In this document: piece by piece, positions 29,505 through 39,218 of the stretch
Position numbering within the stretch: the stretch's first letter is position 1
How the letters are laid out: each line of letters opens with the position of its first letter
Origin: a virus
Taxonomy: Duplodnaviria > Heunggongvirae > Uroviricota > Caudoviricetes
Virus record (IMG/VR): IMGVR_UViG_2974747673_000001
Location: 66,915 to 130,914 of that record
Direction: 5' to 3' (one strand)
DNA length: 64,000 bases
Notes under the pieces: model-generated
Seen by the model: only the letters and a program-made list of their open reading frames with translations
What the model was told of the DNA's origin: nothing
The model's database searches: none
Translations under genes and position numbers: made by a program

Positions 29505-29516
29505 AAAATCAACTCA

Positions 29517-30998
29517 CTAAGAGGATTTTTTCCTTGATGTATCTTTAGGCATATTTTGAATAACTCCTATTTCTTCATAGTAAAGAGTGTCTAAATCTAT
29601 GTAATATAATAATACATAGCCATCTCTTCCATTTCTATTTTTATCACAGAATACTGCATAATAAGGTACATCCATTCTAAAAGATACTTCTTCCTCTTTT
29701 CCTGTTTCCTCATTGTGTTTCATTACTATAAGATTTACTAATTCCTCTTTATCTAATTTTCTAAACATTATCAGATTTTCTAATATTTCTTTAATTGCCT
29801 TAGCTCTTGCCAAACATTTATAAGTTAAATATTTTGTTCCATAAGACTCTCCTGCAAGTTGTAAAGTAATAGTAAATGTTATGTTAAATCTTTTAGTTAA
29901 ATTATCTGCAACCTTAGATAACTCTATAATATCTTTATATTCTTCTTCATCTGCCTTAAATGTATCATAAACAAAATGTCTAAATCCTTGTCTAACTTTT
30001 TTCTTTATTTCTCTTCTAAGTATATTAGGTTGCATAGTTTCAAAATATATATGTGTTATTCTATCTTTGTATCTTTCTTTCCAATGTAACATAGCATTTA
30101 CAAAATAATCCATATCCTCTTTTGATAAACAATTTTCTCCATATTCTGCTCTACTTATAGTTTTTGCATTTTGATTAAGAAATACTAATACATTAGTAAT
30201 ATATGCAAAAGTTATCATTTGTATAAAAGTTTCAAACACTTGTTCGTTACAAAATAAACAAATTTTATCTTTTGAGTTCTCTAAAAGAGATAAAATATAA
30301 ATAGTAATTAAAAGACTACTCTTACCTACACCTGAAAAACTGGCGATTCCATTAACTCCTCTTACTATTCCTTTATTCCATTTGTTCAAATAACTATATC
30401 TTAAATCAAAAGGTACACAATCTATTCTCTTACCACTTCTTATATTCTTAATAAAATCATTATTGATGCTTTGAGTTAAGTTTGTTTCTACAAAGTTACT
30501 ATCTGCTGTTCCTACACTACATATTTCACTTATCATACCCTCTATTGTAGTTGTTAAATCTTCACTGTTATCAAAATTAGTTAATTTACCTATAAACTCC
30601 TCTAGCCCACCATTACGAGCTATTTTATCATATAATCTTAAAGGTACACTAACTATGGTATATTGTTCTAAAACACCTTCAAAATCAATTAAATCACTAT
30701 CATTTAATTGTTGAATAAGATAAAATATATTTATACATTCTTGCTTTCTTTTTTCATCAATAGATAAAGTGTTTAAAAATGTAGATAGGGCGAACTCATC
30801 TATATTAGTATATTTTTGTTTATTATATAATATCTTACATACTTCATAGAATTTTTTATAATCCTCTACTGTAAATATAACATTTTTATTTGTCTTTTCT
30901 TCTAACATATTAAAATTATCTATATTTTGTAATACTCCTGCAAGTAATCTAGCTTCTAATACTTGCATTATTTCTCTCTTGGTATCAATTACACTCAT
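29517..30998 (-). CDS. DnaB-like replicative helicase candidate
   Basis: Walker A 'SFSGVGKSSLL', RecA-like core, 493 aa, paired with the primase. Confidence 0.45.
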   Translation of the reverse strand: MSVIDTKREIMQVLEARLLAGVLQNIDNFNMLEEKTNKNVIFTVEDYKKFYEVCKILYNKQKYTNIDEFALSTFLNTLSIDEKRKQECINIFYLIQQLNDSDLIDFEGVLEQYTIVSVPLRLYDKIARNGGLEEFIGKLTNFDNSEDLTTTIEGMISEICSVGTADSNFVETNLTQSINNDFIKNIRSGKRIDCVPFDLRYSYLNKWNKGIVRGVNGIASFSGVGKSSLLITIYILSLLENSKDKICLFCNEQVFETFIQMITFAYITNVLVFLNQNAKTISRAEYGENCLSKEDMDYFVNAMLHWKERYKDRITHIYFETMQPNILRREIKKKVRQGFRHFVYDTFKADEEEYKDIIELSKVADNLTKRFNITFTITLQLAGESYGTKYLTYKCLARAKAIKEILENLIMFRKLDKEELVNLIVMKHNEETGKEEEVSFRMDVPYYAVFCDKNRNGRDGYVLLYYIDLDTLYYEEIGVIQNMPKDTSRKKSS

Positions 30999-31420
30999 AT
31001 TATCCCTACCTTTTTTTCAAGTTCTATATAGTCTTTCATAATTTTTTCATCTTTATTTATTATAATCTTACTCTTATCTGTTTTTAAATATTTAGGGTCA
31101 ATATCATATGGACTAATATATTGTCTATGTAAATCTTCTTTATTCAAATTAATTAAATAAATTAATTGATTAAAATTAGCATTTACATCTGTACTTAAAG
31201 TATTCCATTCTAAATAACTATCTTGTATTTGATATAAGAAATAAATTCTCTTTTGATATGTTTCTACCTCATTCTCAAAATCTTTTAATAATTTTTTATT
31301 CTTTGTATTAAGACTTTTTCTATTACCTTGTATTAAAAATTCTAATAAGTTATCATATATTTCCTTATTTTTTTCTTCTACACTTTTATCTTTTTTCTTT
31401 CTAGCCAAAATATACACCAC
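30995..31420 (-). CDS. hypothetical protein
   Basis: 141 aa. Confidence 0.4.
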   Translation of the reverse strand: MVYILARKKKDKSVEEKNKEIYDNLLEFLIQGNRKSLNTKNKKLLKDFENEVETYQKRIYFLYQIQDSYLEWNTLSTDVNANFNQLIYLINLNKEDLHRQYISPYDIDPKYLKTDKSKIIINKDEKIMKDYIELEKKVGII

Positions 31421-31428
31421 CTTTATTA

Positions 31429-31463
31429 GTAAAATAAGGTAGGCAAATAACTTTACCTACCTT
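31429..31463 (-). terminator. rho-independent terminator after the SSB-like gene
   Basis: AAGGTAGG ... CCTACCTT hairpin plus T-run (minus sense). Confidence 0.5.
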
Positions 31464-31489
31464 TGATTATTTTTATATAATTGTTCTTA

Positions 31490-32788
31490 TCAAAAAGGAA
31501 ACTGGTCTTCAGGATTTTCTGTATTTTCATCCGTTGTAGTAGTTGTTGTTGCTGTTGTTTCATCTTTTTTATCCTCTGAACCTTGAGTTTCAGTATTAAT
31601 TTCCTCTGTTTTACTTTCTTCATTTACTTCTATATTACCTGTTTCTGTTTTCTTTTCCTCTAATACTTCTGTATTAGATTCTTCTTTTGGTGCTTCATTT
31701 CCTTGTGTACTAGCTTGTGCATTATTTTCTTTTAGCTTTTTCATAGTTTCTATTGCCTTTTGCATAGAATTTTGAGTAGCATTTTGTATTGCATTAGCAC
31801 CTGAATTAGTAGAATGGTCTTGTAAACTAGGAAATTCAACATAATCTACTTTATCAAAGGCTATAATAGAGATATTTACTATACCTCTTTCAACTGGAAT
31901 TAATCCAATCTTTTTAAATTCTAAAGCCATTTTTTGTTTGTATAACTCCATATCTCCTTTACTTGTAGCTTGATGCATAAGTCTTACACCTTGTGTTACA
32001 TCATCTTCTGTAGGTTCTCTAAATGCTTTACCATTTTCTAGCTCTATTGTTGCAGGAACTAAATAATAACCCTCTAATTCAAAACTTTTAGCACAATCAT
32101 TTCTCATAGTATCTAATATTTGTTTAGCTAGAGGTTTATCAGTTTTTAAAGCACCATCCAAAAATATTTCTAATGGAATTATTGCTTTTTGTTTATAATA
32201 TTCATTTTGAGTGCCAAGTGGAACATATAACTCTAATTCTTTATCTAAATCCATAATTTCTATTTCTTTTTTAGATAATAACACATAACTATGAGTTTGT
32301 AATCTATAATCTGTAGTTTTTTGGTCTATATATTCTACTTTTTTACATTCCAAAGTTTGTTGTAAAAATCCTTGAGTATTAACTCTATATCTACTTGTAC
32401 CCTCTATTTTAACTTTTTTACCTTTAAATAGTTTTAAAGCATCCACAAAAGATTTTACTGTTAAATATGTTTTAGTTTCTTTTTGTCCTTTAATTTCATA
32501 CTTAATAGCTTTTCTTTTCATTTCCTCTGTTGCATTTTGTTCTGATACTCTTTGAGGTTGTCCATTATCAAAGTATTGTAATTTATCCCATTCATTAGTA
32601 AAAAATGGTAAAGATACTGTTGATTTAGTTGTTGGGTTTTCTATTATTAAATTTACAACAGTCTTAATTTCTACTTGTTTACTTTTGCCATCTTCTTTAT
32701 TTGTTTCAATCTTTGTTGGGTGTTCTATTCCTTGAACTACACCTATAATATCTACTTTTCCAATTAATTTTGATTTGTCTACTGCCAC
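31490..32788 (-). CDS. single-stranded DNA-binding protein-like
   Basis: Low-complexity acidic C-terminus ending 'EDQFPF' (SSB DDDIPF-type tail). N-terminal beta-rich OB-like region. Adjacent to the Sak4-like ATPase. Confidence 0.45.
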   Translation of the reverse strand: MAVDKSKLIGKVDIIGVVQGIEHPTKIETNKEDGKSKQVEIKTVVNLIIENPTTKSTVSLPFFTNEWDKLQYFDNGQPQRVSEQNATEEMKRKAIKYEIKGQKETKTYLTVKSFVDALKLFKGKKVKIEGTSRYRVNTQGFLQQTLECKKVEYIDQKTTDYRLQTHSYVLLSKKEIEIMDLDKELELYVPLGTQNEYYKQKAIIPLEIFLDGALKTDKPLAKQILDTMRNDCAKSFELEGYYLVPATIELENGKAFREPTEDDVTQGVRLMHQATSKGDMELYKQKMALEFKKIGLIPVERGIVNISIIAFDKVDYVEFPSLQDHSTNSGANAIQNATQNSMQKAIETMKKLKENNAQASTQGNEAPKEESNTEVLEEKKTETGNIEVNEESKTEEINTETQGSEDKKDETTATTTTTTDENTENPEDQFPF

Positions 32789-32794
32789 TATACA

Positions 32795-33232
32795 TCACTC
32801 CTTATCTATATTTTCTTTTTCTATTGTTGGTAATATTCCTTTTTGTTTTAAAAAATCATAAATAAATAATCTACCTTTCTGTGTCCAATAACTAATAATT
32901 TCATTATCTTTAAGTTCACTTTTAATATAATTACAACCTTGATATTTTTCTGCTAATATATAATAATTTTTTGTCTTATTTACAATTCCTAAATTACTTA
33001 ATAAATCTTTAAAAGTAGCTACCTCAAAATTATAATCCTTTGCTAATTGTTCCTCTGATATTGGATTTTCATTTTCTAATATTATACCATAGTAATATTT
33101 ATTAGGAAATAACTCTTTTAACTGTTGAATAATAATTAAATTATCTGCTTTTAACTCTTCACAAATTTTAGAATTAATTTCTAATCTTACACATATACTC
33201 TCAATTATACCCTTTAAAGTTTTCTCATTCAT
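32795..33232 (-). CDS. hypothetical protein
   Basis: 145 aa. Confidence 0.4.
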   Translation of the reverse strand: MNEKTLKGIIESICVRLEINSKICEELKADNLIIIQQLKELFPNKYYYGIILENENPISEEQLAKDYNFEVATFKDLLSNLGIVNKTKNYYILAEKYQGCNYIKSELKDNEIISYWTQKGRLFIYDFLKQKGILPTIEKENIDKE

Positions 33233-33255
33233 TTTATTTGATTCACCTCACTTTC

Positions 33256-33308
33256 TTTATGTCTATCTTACAAGATATTAATTCTCTAATATCTTTTAAG
33301 ATAGACAT
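33256..33308. repeat. near-perfect 24-bp-arm palindrome (TATGTCTATCTTA[C/A]AAGATATTAA - ttctct - inverse)
   Basis: Arms at 33256-33279 and 33286-33308 with one mismatch. Located in the 5' leader of gene 32795..33232, between the Sak4-like and SSB-like genes. Confidence 0.6.
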
Positions 33309-33325
33309 AACACTTATTTAAAAGT

Positions 33326-33354
33326 ATTATATCATATCTCTTATAAAATTGCAA
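33326..33354 (-). promoter_or_regulatory. promoter TTGCAA-N17-TATAAT (minus strand)
   Basis: Hexamers with 17-nt spacer, upstream (minus sense) of the large palindrome 33256-33308. Confidence 0.45.
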
Positions 33355-33357
33355 GTA

Positions 33358-34062
33358 TTATTTTACTTCTTTTTTAGATTCTTCTTTTCCTACATATTCT
33401 GTTCCATAATACTCTGCACGAGTTCTTAATACTAAATCCATATCATTAGGTATTTCTACTTGTTCAAACATATCCATAGGGGTTTTTGCTACTGAAGGAA
33501 TATCTACTGTTGTTCTTGTCATAAAAACATACTCATTATTATCATTGACTCTTGCAAATAACACAGTATCAAACATACCTTCAATACAAATTTTATCATC
33601 TAAAACTTTACCTATTGTTTTTGGTGTATACATACCTAAATCATTTTTTTGAGGGTGCATAATATATATTATTGTTATATCTTCTCTTCCTGCACAAAGT
33701 TCTTTTGGTATAGTTTTAAAACCATTATAAGCATTAACAGCCATTACAGTATATTTACTATAACCTGTTTCTAAAGCTGTTTTCATATATTCATCTGACA
33801 TAAGATAACCATAGTCATCTAATACAATAGTTTTGACATTCTTATTTTTATCTTTTGTTAAAATTTCACTCATTACACCTATTAATTGTTCATAATTAGT
33901 TATACTATATTGTAAAAATTTATTAGAACCTTTAAAAGATAATCTATTTTTTTCACAAGAAATTATAACTGTTGATTTAGGATTTAATGTTCTCAAACTA
34001 ACTGTTTTTCCAGAGCTCGAGCTTCCTATTATTAAAATTTTATCTGCACCTGCCATAAACAT
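33358..34062 (-). CDS. Sak4-like RecA-fold ATPase (AAA_24-type) candidate
   Basis: N-terminal Walker A 'IIGSSSSGKT', ~230 aa, next to the SSB-like gene. Confidence 0.4.
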   Translation of the reverse strand: MFMAGADKILIIGSSSSGKTVSLRTLNPKSTVIISCEKNRLSFKGSNKFLQYSITNYEQLIGVMSEILTKDKNKNVKTIVLDDYGYLMSDEYMKTALETGYSKYTVMAVNAYNGFKTIPKELCAGREDITIIYIMHPQKNDLGMYTPKTIGKVLDDKICIEGMFDTVLFARVNDNNEYVFMTRTTVDIPSVAKTPMDMFEQVEIPNDMDLVLRTRAEYYGTEYVGKEESKKEVK

Positions 34063-34071
34063 ATCACTCCT

Positions 34072-34596
34072 TTAATCTTTTAATTTTCTTTTTATTTCTT
34101 CTAATTTTGCCTTAGTTAAACCTACTTTATTATTAGTCTTAACTATATGTTTATCCTTAAAATATTTATTACCATAACACACATCATCATCTAATATTAC
34201 AAACTTTCCAGTATATTTATTTATATCTAACCATTTCTTAATTTCTAGTTCTCTATTAGTTCTAGCACTACCTGTGGTATCTATAACTAAACTGTCTAAT
34301 AAATTTACTCTTTTTACCCAAGAATACTCGTGAAATACAGCATCAAAAAATTCATTAAATTCTTTTGCATGTCCAATACATATTCTCCAACTAGATGATA
34401 TTACTATTTTTACATTATTTTCTAAACACCATATTAGTAATTGATTAAATACACCTATGTTTTCAAAACCCCAATCTGTCATTATATAACTACTATCATA
34501 GCATTTAAAATATATATTTAATCCCATACCACTTCTAGTACCTATGTTATTTACCACTCCATCAAAATCTAAAAATAGTATCTTAGTATTCATCAT
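34072..34596 (-). CDS. HAD-superfamily phosphatase (possible 5'(3')-deoxyribonucleotidase)
   Basis: HAD motif I 'LFLDFDGVVNN'. Confidence 0.5.
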   Translation of the reverse strand: MMNTKILFLDFDGVVNNIGTRSGMGLNIYFKCYDSSYIMTDWGFENIGVFNQLLIWCLENNVKIVISSSWRICIGHAKEFNEFFDAVFHEYSWVKRVNLLDSLVIDTTGSARTNRELEIKKWLDINKYTGKFVILDDDVCYGNKYFKDKHIVKTNNKVGLTKAKLEEIKRKLKD

Positions 34597-34990
34597 AGTT
34601 TACCTCAAAATTTTCTCCTAAATTAAGAACAAATATAATATCTTGAAAACATATATCACAGTCATACATCTGTTGTTGTAAATTTAATACTGAATTTAGT
34701 GTATAACCTAATTTAGTTTTATTTATTGCCCCATCTAAATATTGAAAATCTGTCTTATATAACATTTTATGAGTATCTCTGATGAATAATAAATATTCTT
34801 TTAACCAATATTCATTCTCAAAATGATATACTAATTTATCCTCTTTTTCATTATAAGATATTCTACGAATATTAGCATCATAATCAAATTTTATTAGTAT
34901 TTTATTTAAAATTTGAGTACACAATCCAATATTTTTAAATTCAAAGCTATAATTATTGCCTAATTCAATTTTATATCTCAAGTCTATCAA
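34583..34990 (-). CDS. hypothetical protein
   Basis: 135 aa. Confidence 0.4.
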   Translation of the reverse strand: MIDLRYKIELGNNYSFEFKNIGLCTQILNKILIKFDYDANIRRISYNEKEDKLVYHFENEYWLKEYLLFIRDTHKMLYKTDFQYLDGAINKTKLGYTLNSVLNLQQQMYDCDICFQDIIFVLNLGENFEVNYDEY

Positions 34991-35762
34991 CTCCCTTCCA
35001 CCAATAATCTTTTATTACAAATAATTTTTCTGTAGCTTTTTGTCTATTCATAGCTAGATTTATACTTTGTAATAAGTCCTTTTCCCATATAGTTATAAAA
35101 TCATTTGGTGCTTCATATTCACTTACAACTACTACACATCTTTTTGACATTTCTCTTACTAAATTCCAAAACTTTTCTGTATCAAATTTTTGTCTATTAT
35201 ATTGTTTTGTATCCTTATATGGAGGGTCTATATAAATTAACATATTTTTATTTAATTTATCTAAATTAATATTAAATATATCTTGAACTGTAAATACTGC
35301 ATTTTTCAATGCTTCTTTTTGCTTTAGGATATTATTATATCTTTCTAAACCCCAATGTCTAGGTTGTCCTTTAATAGTGTTTCCTTTAGCATATTTATCC
35401 ATAAAAACTCCACTATAACTAAATAAAAATCCAACATACCCATAATACCAATCTTCATAAGTATTATTTCCTAACAAAAAATCTTGTTTTACTTCTTTAT
35501 ATTTATTTTCATCTACCTCAATATAAGTATCTAAATCATCAAATTTTACTTTATCAAATAAAGCTATTAAATACTTATTATTGTCAAAAGCATATTTAGT
35601 TTTACATACTATTGGATATTTTGTATTAGCAATTATATTAGCTCCACCACAACAAGCATCAATGAATAAAGTACACCCATTAGCTTGAATTAGCTTGTTA
35701 AGTAAAGGTATAATATATTTTGCTAATCTATTTTTACTTCCCTGATAAACTATAATTACCAC
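34971..35762 (-). CDS. dam: Dam-family DNA N6-adenine methyltransferase
   Basis: N-terminal 'YQGSKNRLAKYIIPLL', motif I 'FIDACCGGANI', motif IV 'YIDPPY'. Confidence 0.8.
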   Translation of the reverse strand: MVIIVYQGSKNRLAKYIIPLLNKLIQANGCTLFIDACCGGANIIANTKYPIVCKTKYAFDNNKYLIALFDKVKFDDLDTYIEVDENKYKEVKQDFLLGNNTYEDWYYGYVGFLFSYSGVFMDKYAKGNTIKGQPRHWGLERYNNILKQKEALKNAVFTVQDIFNINLDKLNKNMLIYIDPPYKDTKQYNRQKFDTEKFWNLVREMSKRCVVVVSEYEAPNDFITIWEKDLLQSINLAMNRQKATEKLFVIKDYWWKGVDRLEI

Positions 35763-35786
35763 CTACCTTTCAATATTATATAATCA

Positions 35787-35815
35787 TTATAACATACATA
35801 ATTAACTTTGTCAAG
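35787..35815 (-). promoter_or_regulatory. promoter TTGACA-N17-TATAAT (minus strand) for the dam operon; near-identical copy of promoter 57725-57753
   Basis: Reverse complement reads TTGACAAAGTTAATTATGTATGTTATAAT, versus TTGACAAAGTTAATTTTGTATGTTATACT at 57725. Confidence 0.55.
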
Positions 35816-35826
35816 CGAAAATTTAT

Positions 35827-36432
35827 TTATTTGTGAAATCCTAAATCGGCAGGGTTAAAATCCCCATTAATATATCTAATATTTCCTCCAAAATTTTTTC
35901 TATTTTCTGTTACTTTTTCTATTAACTTGACTGTATCTTTTGGTAAATTATTATATTGTCCTTTACTCCAATAATAAATAACTAATTTGCTATCACCGTA
36001 TACATCTGTATACCCTAATTTCCTTGCTATCTCTAGTGCTAAGTATAATCCCAGTAATTCTCCATAATTATTAGATTTATCAGTGTCTAACTCAATATTA
36101 TTAAATTCATTTATTTTCCAACCTAAACTATCTAACCATTGAATAAATCTAGGAGTAATAAGATGTTTTAATAAACTATTTCTATCTTTATCTGTTACTC
36201 TAACCTCAGTAATTCCTCTACCCCTTCCTGTACCACTGTCAAAATATACACCCTCATTTAATTCTATTTGAGGTTTATCATACTTAGCACCATTATCTAG
36301 CCAATCTTGTGCTTCTTGTAGAGTTTTAAAAGACTTATATCTTAATGCTTTTCTATTTTTACAAGTATTCCAATCTTTATCTATTCCATTATCTAAATTG
36401 GAATTATACCAAGCATAAACTTTACTAGCCAT
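35827..36432 (-). CDS. rnhA: ribonuclease H with N-terminal hybrid-binding domain
   Basis: 'VYFDSGTGRG', 'NNYGELLGLYLALE', 'YGDSKLVI' and 'NPADLGFH' give the D-E-D-D catalytic pattern. Confidence 0.65.
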   Translation of the reverse strand: MASKVYAWYNSNLDNGIDKDWNTCKNRKALRYKSFKTLQEAQDWLDNGAKYDKPQIELNEGVYFDSGTGRGRGITEVRVTDKDRNSLLKHLITPRFIQWLDSLGWKINEFNNIELDTDKSNNYGELLGLYLALEIARKLGYTDVYGDSKLVIYYWSKGQYNNLPKDTVKLIEKVTENRKNFGGNIRYINGDFNPADLGFHK

Positions 36433-36647
36433 TAGTCATCACTCTCTATTTGATAAGTTAATACTTTAACTTTACCTTGTACTTTCATCTCTGCTTTACA
36501 CATTAAATCCAATCCTGCAAGTCTATCCTCTGTACTTTTAGAAAGAAATTTATTCCTATCTACATTAAGTACATATCTTCTAATATTATTATAAGTAATA
36601 ATAGCATTAGGGTTATTACCTACTACACAACTAATTAGTATTTTCAT
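36432..36647 (-). CDS. hypothetical small protein
   Basis: 71 aa. Confidence 0.3.
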   Translation of the reverse strand: MKILISCVVGNNPNAIITYNNIRRYVLNVDRNKFLSKSTEDRLAGLDLMCKAEMKVQGKVKVLTYQIESDD

Positions 36648-36888
36648 CTTCTATCAACCCCAATTCTTTTAATTTCCATTCGTCCAATTCTACTTGTTTT
36701 AACCAAGCATTAATAGTTTGTCTAACTCGTTTAATTTTAGATTTATAAATATTTCCTTTTATTCTTTCTTGTGTATATAAAGCTCCATAAGGTATAGTTT
36801 GAATACTTTTTAAATCTTGCAATTCTTCTATACACTTATCTATCTGTCTACACATAAATTGATAATCTGTTTCTTTTGCTTTTTTCAA
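36631..36888 (-). CDS. hypothetical small protein
   Basis: 85 aa with its own consensus promoter. Confidence 0.35.
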   Translation of the reverse strand: MKKAKETDYQFMCRQIDKCIEELQDLKSIQTIPYGALYTQERIKGNIYKSKIKRVRQTINAWLKQVELDEWKLKELGLIEDENTN

Positions 36889-36922
36889 TTATATCCACTC
36901 CTTTGTTTATATTAATAAATTT

Positions 36923-36951
36923 ATTATAACATTTTAATTTTTATATGTCAA
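36923..36951 (-). promoter_or_regulatory. promoter TTGACA-N17-TATAAT (minus strand)
   Basis: Consensus hexamers upstream of 36631..36888. Confidence 0.5.
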
Positions 36952-36956
36952 TATTT

Positions 36957-37211
36957 TTATTCATTTTTTAAAATTAATTTACTTGAAGATACTCCTATAT
37001 ACACAGAAATAATAGAACTTACTATTTTACTTGCATCAGGTAAATATAATATCAAATTATCTATATTTATAATACCTATATAATTTAATAACACTCCTAT
37101 GTAAGCTAATATTATTAATATTGTTAAAAATATAGGTAGCCAAACAAGTACACTCACTAAAAAAGAACAAATAATAAATATACTTACTTTTATTATATTA
37201 TCTTTATTCAT
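36957..37211 (-). CDS. small membrane protein
   Basis: Two transmembrane helices. Confidence 0.35.
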   Translation of the reverse strand: MNKDNIIKVSIFIICSFLVSVLVWLPIFLTILIILAYIGVLLNYIGIINIDNLILYLPDASKIVSSIISVYIGVSSSKLILKNE

Positions 37212-37719
37212 TAATTGTAACTCCTTTCTTAAATTTTTCTAGGTATAAAGATATTTTACCTTGTTTCTTTAAAAGATAAAATCTATGTCTAATAGCACTA
37301 ATAGGTCTTTCTAGTAATAAAGCAATATCTTTATCTTTATGCAGTTTTCCTAATTTTAAACCAACTAATTCTATATAATCAGATTCACTCCAACCTTTTC
37401 CTTTTTTACTTAGTAATTTCTCATCAAATAACTCTCGTTTCTTATAACCATTTTCTGAACACCTAAACTTTACACCATTCTCGATAAAATAATATAAATT
37501 ACTATTTTCTTCTTTAATTATTTTTCTTGTTTGAGAAACAAGAGGTTTAGTCTTTGATATTCTTTTATATTTTGCTTTATGTCTATCATTTAAACTTTTT
37601 GTCATACATTTTTTACTACAATTTTTAGTTCTTTTGTCATTTTTATCCACTATTTGAACTAATTTACCACATACTTGACAATTAAATTCTCTAATTATTT
37701 TCTTTTCTATATCTATCAC
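37204..37719 (-). CDS. zinc-finger protein with C-terminal HTH-like region (putative regulator)
   Basis: 'CQVCGK...C..C' motif. C-terminal 'LLERPISAIRHRFYLLKKQ' is helix-turn-helix-like. Confidence 0.3.
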   Translation of the reverse strand: MIDIEKKIIREFNCQVCGKLVQIVDKNDKRTKNCSKKCMTKSLNDRHKAKYKRISKTKPLVSQTRKIIKEENSNLYYFIENGVKFRCSENGYKKRELFDEKLLSKKGKGWSESDYIELVGLKLGKLHKDKDIALLLERPISAIRHRFYLLKKQGKISLYLEKFKKGVTINE

Positions 37720-37858
37720 TTCCTCTCATAATTTATTTATAAGCCACCACATAGTCTTTAAACTAATTTTATACTCCATAGACAACTAATTATATACCTA
37801 ATTAATAAAACTCGTTTAAAGTGCCTCTGATGGCTTTAAAATTAAAATACTTACTCTA

Positions 37859-38083
37859 CTATATAAAAGTTGCAGGAATAAAAAGAAATATTAACAATCC
37901 TACAATAGCACCTATAATAGATAATTTAAACACCTTACTAGATATATAATACCCCTGTTTATTATCTTCTAAAAATCTTTCACATAAACCAACAAGTAGA
38001 ATAGGCACACCTAAGAGTAATAAAGGTAATGAAAACATATTTAATATAAGAAATAAATTATACAAGACATTATACCAATACAT
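37859..38083 (-). CDS. small membrane protein
   Basis: 74 aa, two transmembrane helices. Confidence 0.3.
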   Translation of the reverse strand: MYWYNVLYNLFLILNMFSLPLLLLGVPILLVGLCERFLEDNKQGYYISSKVFKLSIIGAIVGLLIFLFIPATFI

Positions 38084-38298
38084 TAGTTCACTCCTACATA
38101 TTTTTTAACTTCATTTATTAAAGTCTTATCGTTATTCCAATACCTCGTAATTTCATAACTATCTGAATACCTATAAATTAACTTATACATTCTATATTTA
38201 CCATTAACTAATACACTTTTATAATAAACACTTTCTTCATTTTCCCAAGTTTTTACAAATACATTAGGTAATCTACCCCATATATTAAGAATTTTCAC
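38083..38298 (-). CDS. hypothetical small protein
   Basis: 71 aa. Confidence 0.3.
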   Translation of the reverse strand: MKILNIWGRLPNVFVKTWENEESVYYKSVLVNGKYRMYKLIYRYSDSYEITRYWNNDKTLINEVKKYVGVN

Positions 38299-38944
38299 TG
38301 TACTTCAACCCCTTTCTTTCCAATAAAGTTTTCAATAACACAATACAACTTACAAGAGTAGTATTTTCTTGTTGAGTTTGAATAATATTTGTCAAATTAT
38401 TCTGTTCCTCTATTGTCCATTTTAAAGTATATTTTCCATTATTTTTTACTCTAAGATAAATACTAGCAAATATAGTATAATAATCTTTCATAAGTTGTAG
38501 GGTATAACTATTATCTTTTTCATAAATAACATAAATATTATTACACAATAGTCTTAAATTCTCTAACATTTCTTTATTTATTATTTGAGCCAACTCACTA
38601 TTCCAAGCACTATTAGATAAATATTCTAATATATTATCTTTAATTTTTTGTATAGTATTATTTTCTCTTAATTTATCATAATATTTTTCATTTTCTTTTT
38701 TATAATCTGAATAACAATAATATACACCTATATGATTATATAAATTCATACTACTAAAAGTGTTTTTATCATAAATAACATATAAACTATCTTGTGTTTG
38801 GTCTACTTTCATTACAAATTTCCAACCATTCTCAAAATTAATCCAATCTATATGTTTTACTTTTAAATTACAATGAGCTAACTCACTTCTTATAATCATA
38901 TTGATGTTACCTCTTGTATTTTGTCCTAAGTAATCAAATTCCAT
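38285..38944 (-). CDS. hypothetical protein
   Basis: 219 aa. Confidence 0.4.
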   Translation of the reverse strand: MEFDYLGQNTRGNINMIIRSELAHCNLKVKHIDWINFENGWKFVMKVDQTQDSLYVIYDKNTFSSMNLYNHIGVYYCYSDYKKENEKYYDKLRENNTIQKIKDNILEYLSNSAWNSELAQIINKEMLENLRLLCNNIYVIYEKDNSYTLQLMKDYYTIFASIYLRVKNNGKYTLKWTIEEQNNLTNIIQTQQENTTLVSCIVLLKTLLERKGLKYSENS

Positions 38945-39146
38945 ATACCACCTACCTTAAAAATATTTCAATATTACTCTTATAATTACAAATCCAATAA
39001 ATCCTAATATTATACTATTCATTCTCTCCTTATCACTTCTCCATTTAAGAAAACTAATTATAGAAAATAAACATAATATACTACCAATAGTTAATCCTAT
39101 AACTTTAAAAATCATTTAAACACCTGCCTTTATTTTATTTAAGAGT

Positions 39147-39175
39147 ATTATAACATAAAAATAAACTTCTGTCAA
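39147..39175 (-). promoter_or_regulatory. promoter TTGACA-N17-TATAAT (minus strand)
   Basis: Consensus hexamers right after the SPFH-gene terminator. Confidence 0.5.
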
Positions 39176-39209
39176 GCAAAAAAATAGAGTAGCCAAACAA
39201 ACTACTCTA
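39176..39209 (-). terminator. rho-independent terminator after the SPFH gene
   Basis: TAGAGTAG-loop-CTACTCTA hairpin followed by 8 T (minus sense). Confidence 0.6.
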
Positions 39210-39218
39210 TCTCATAGA

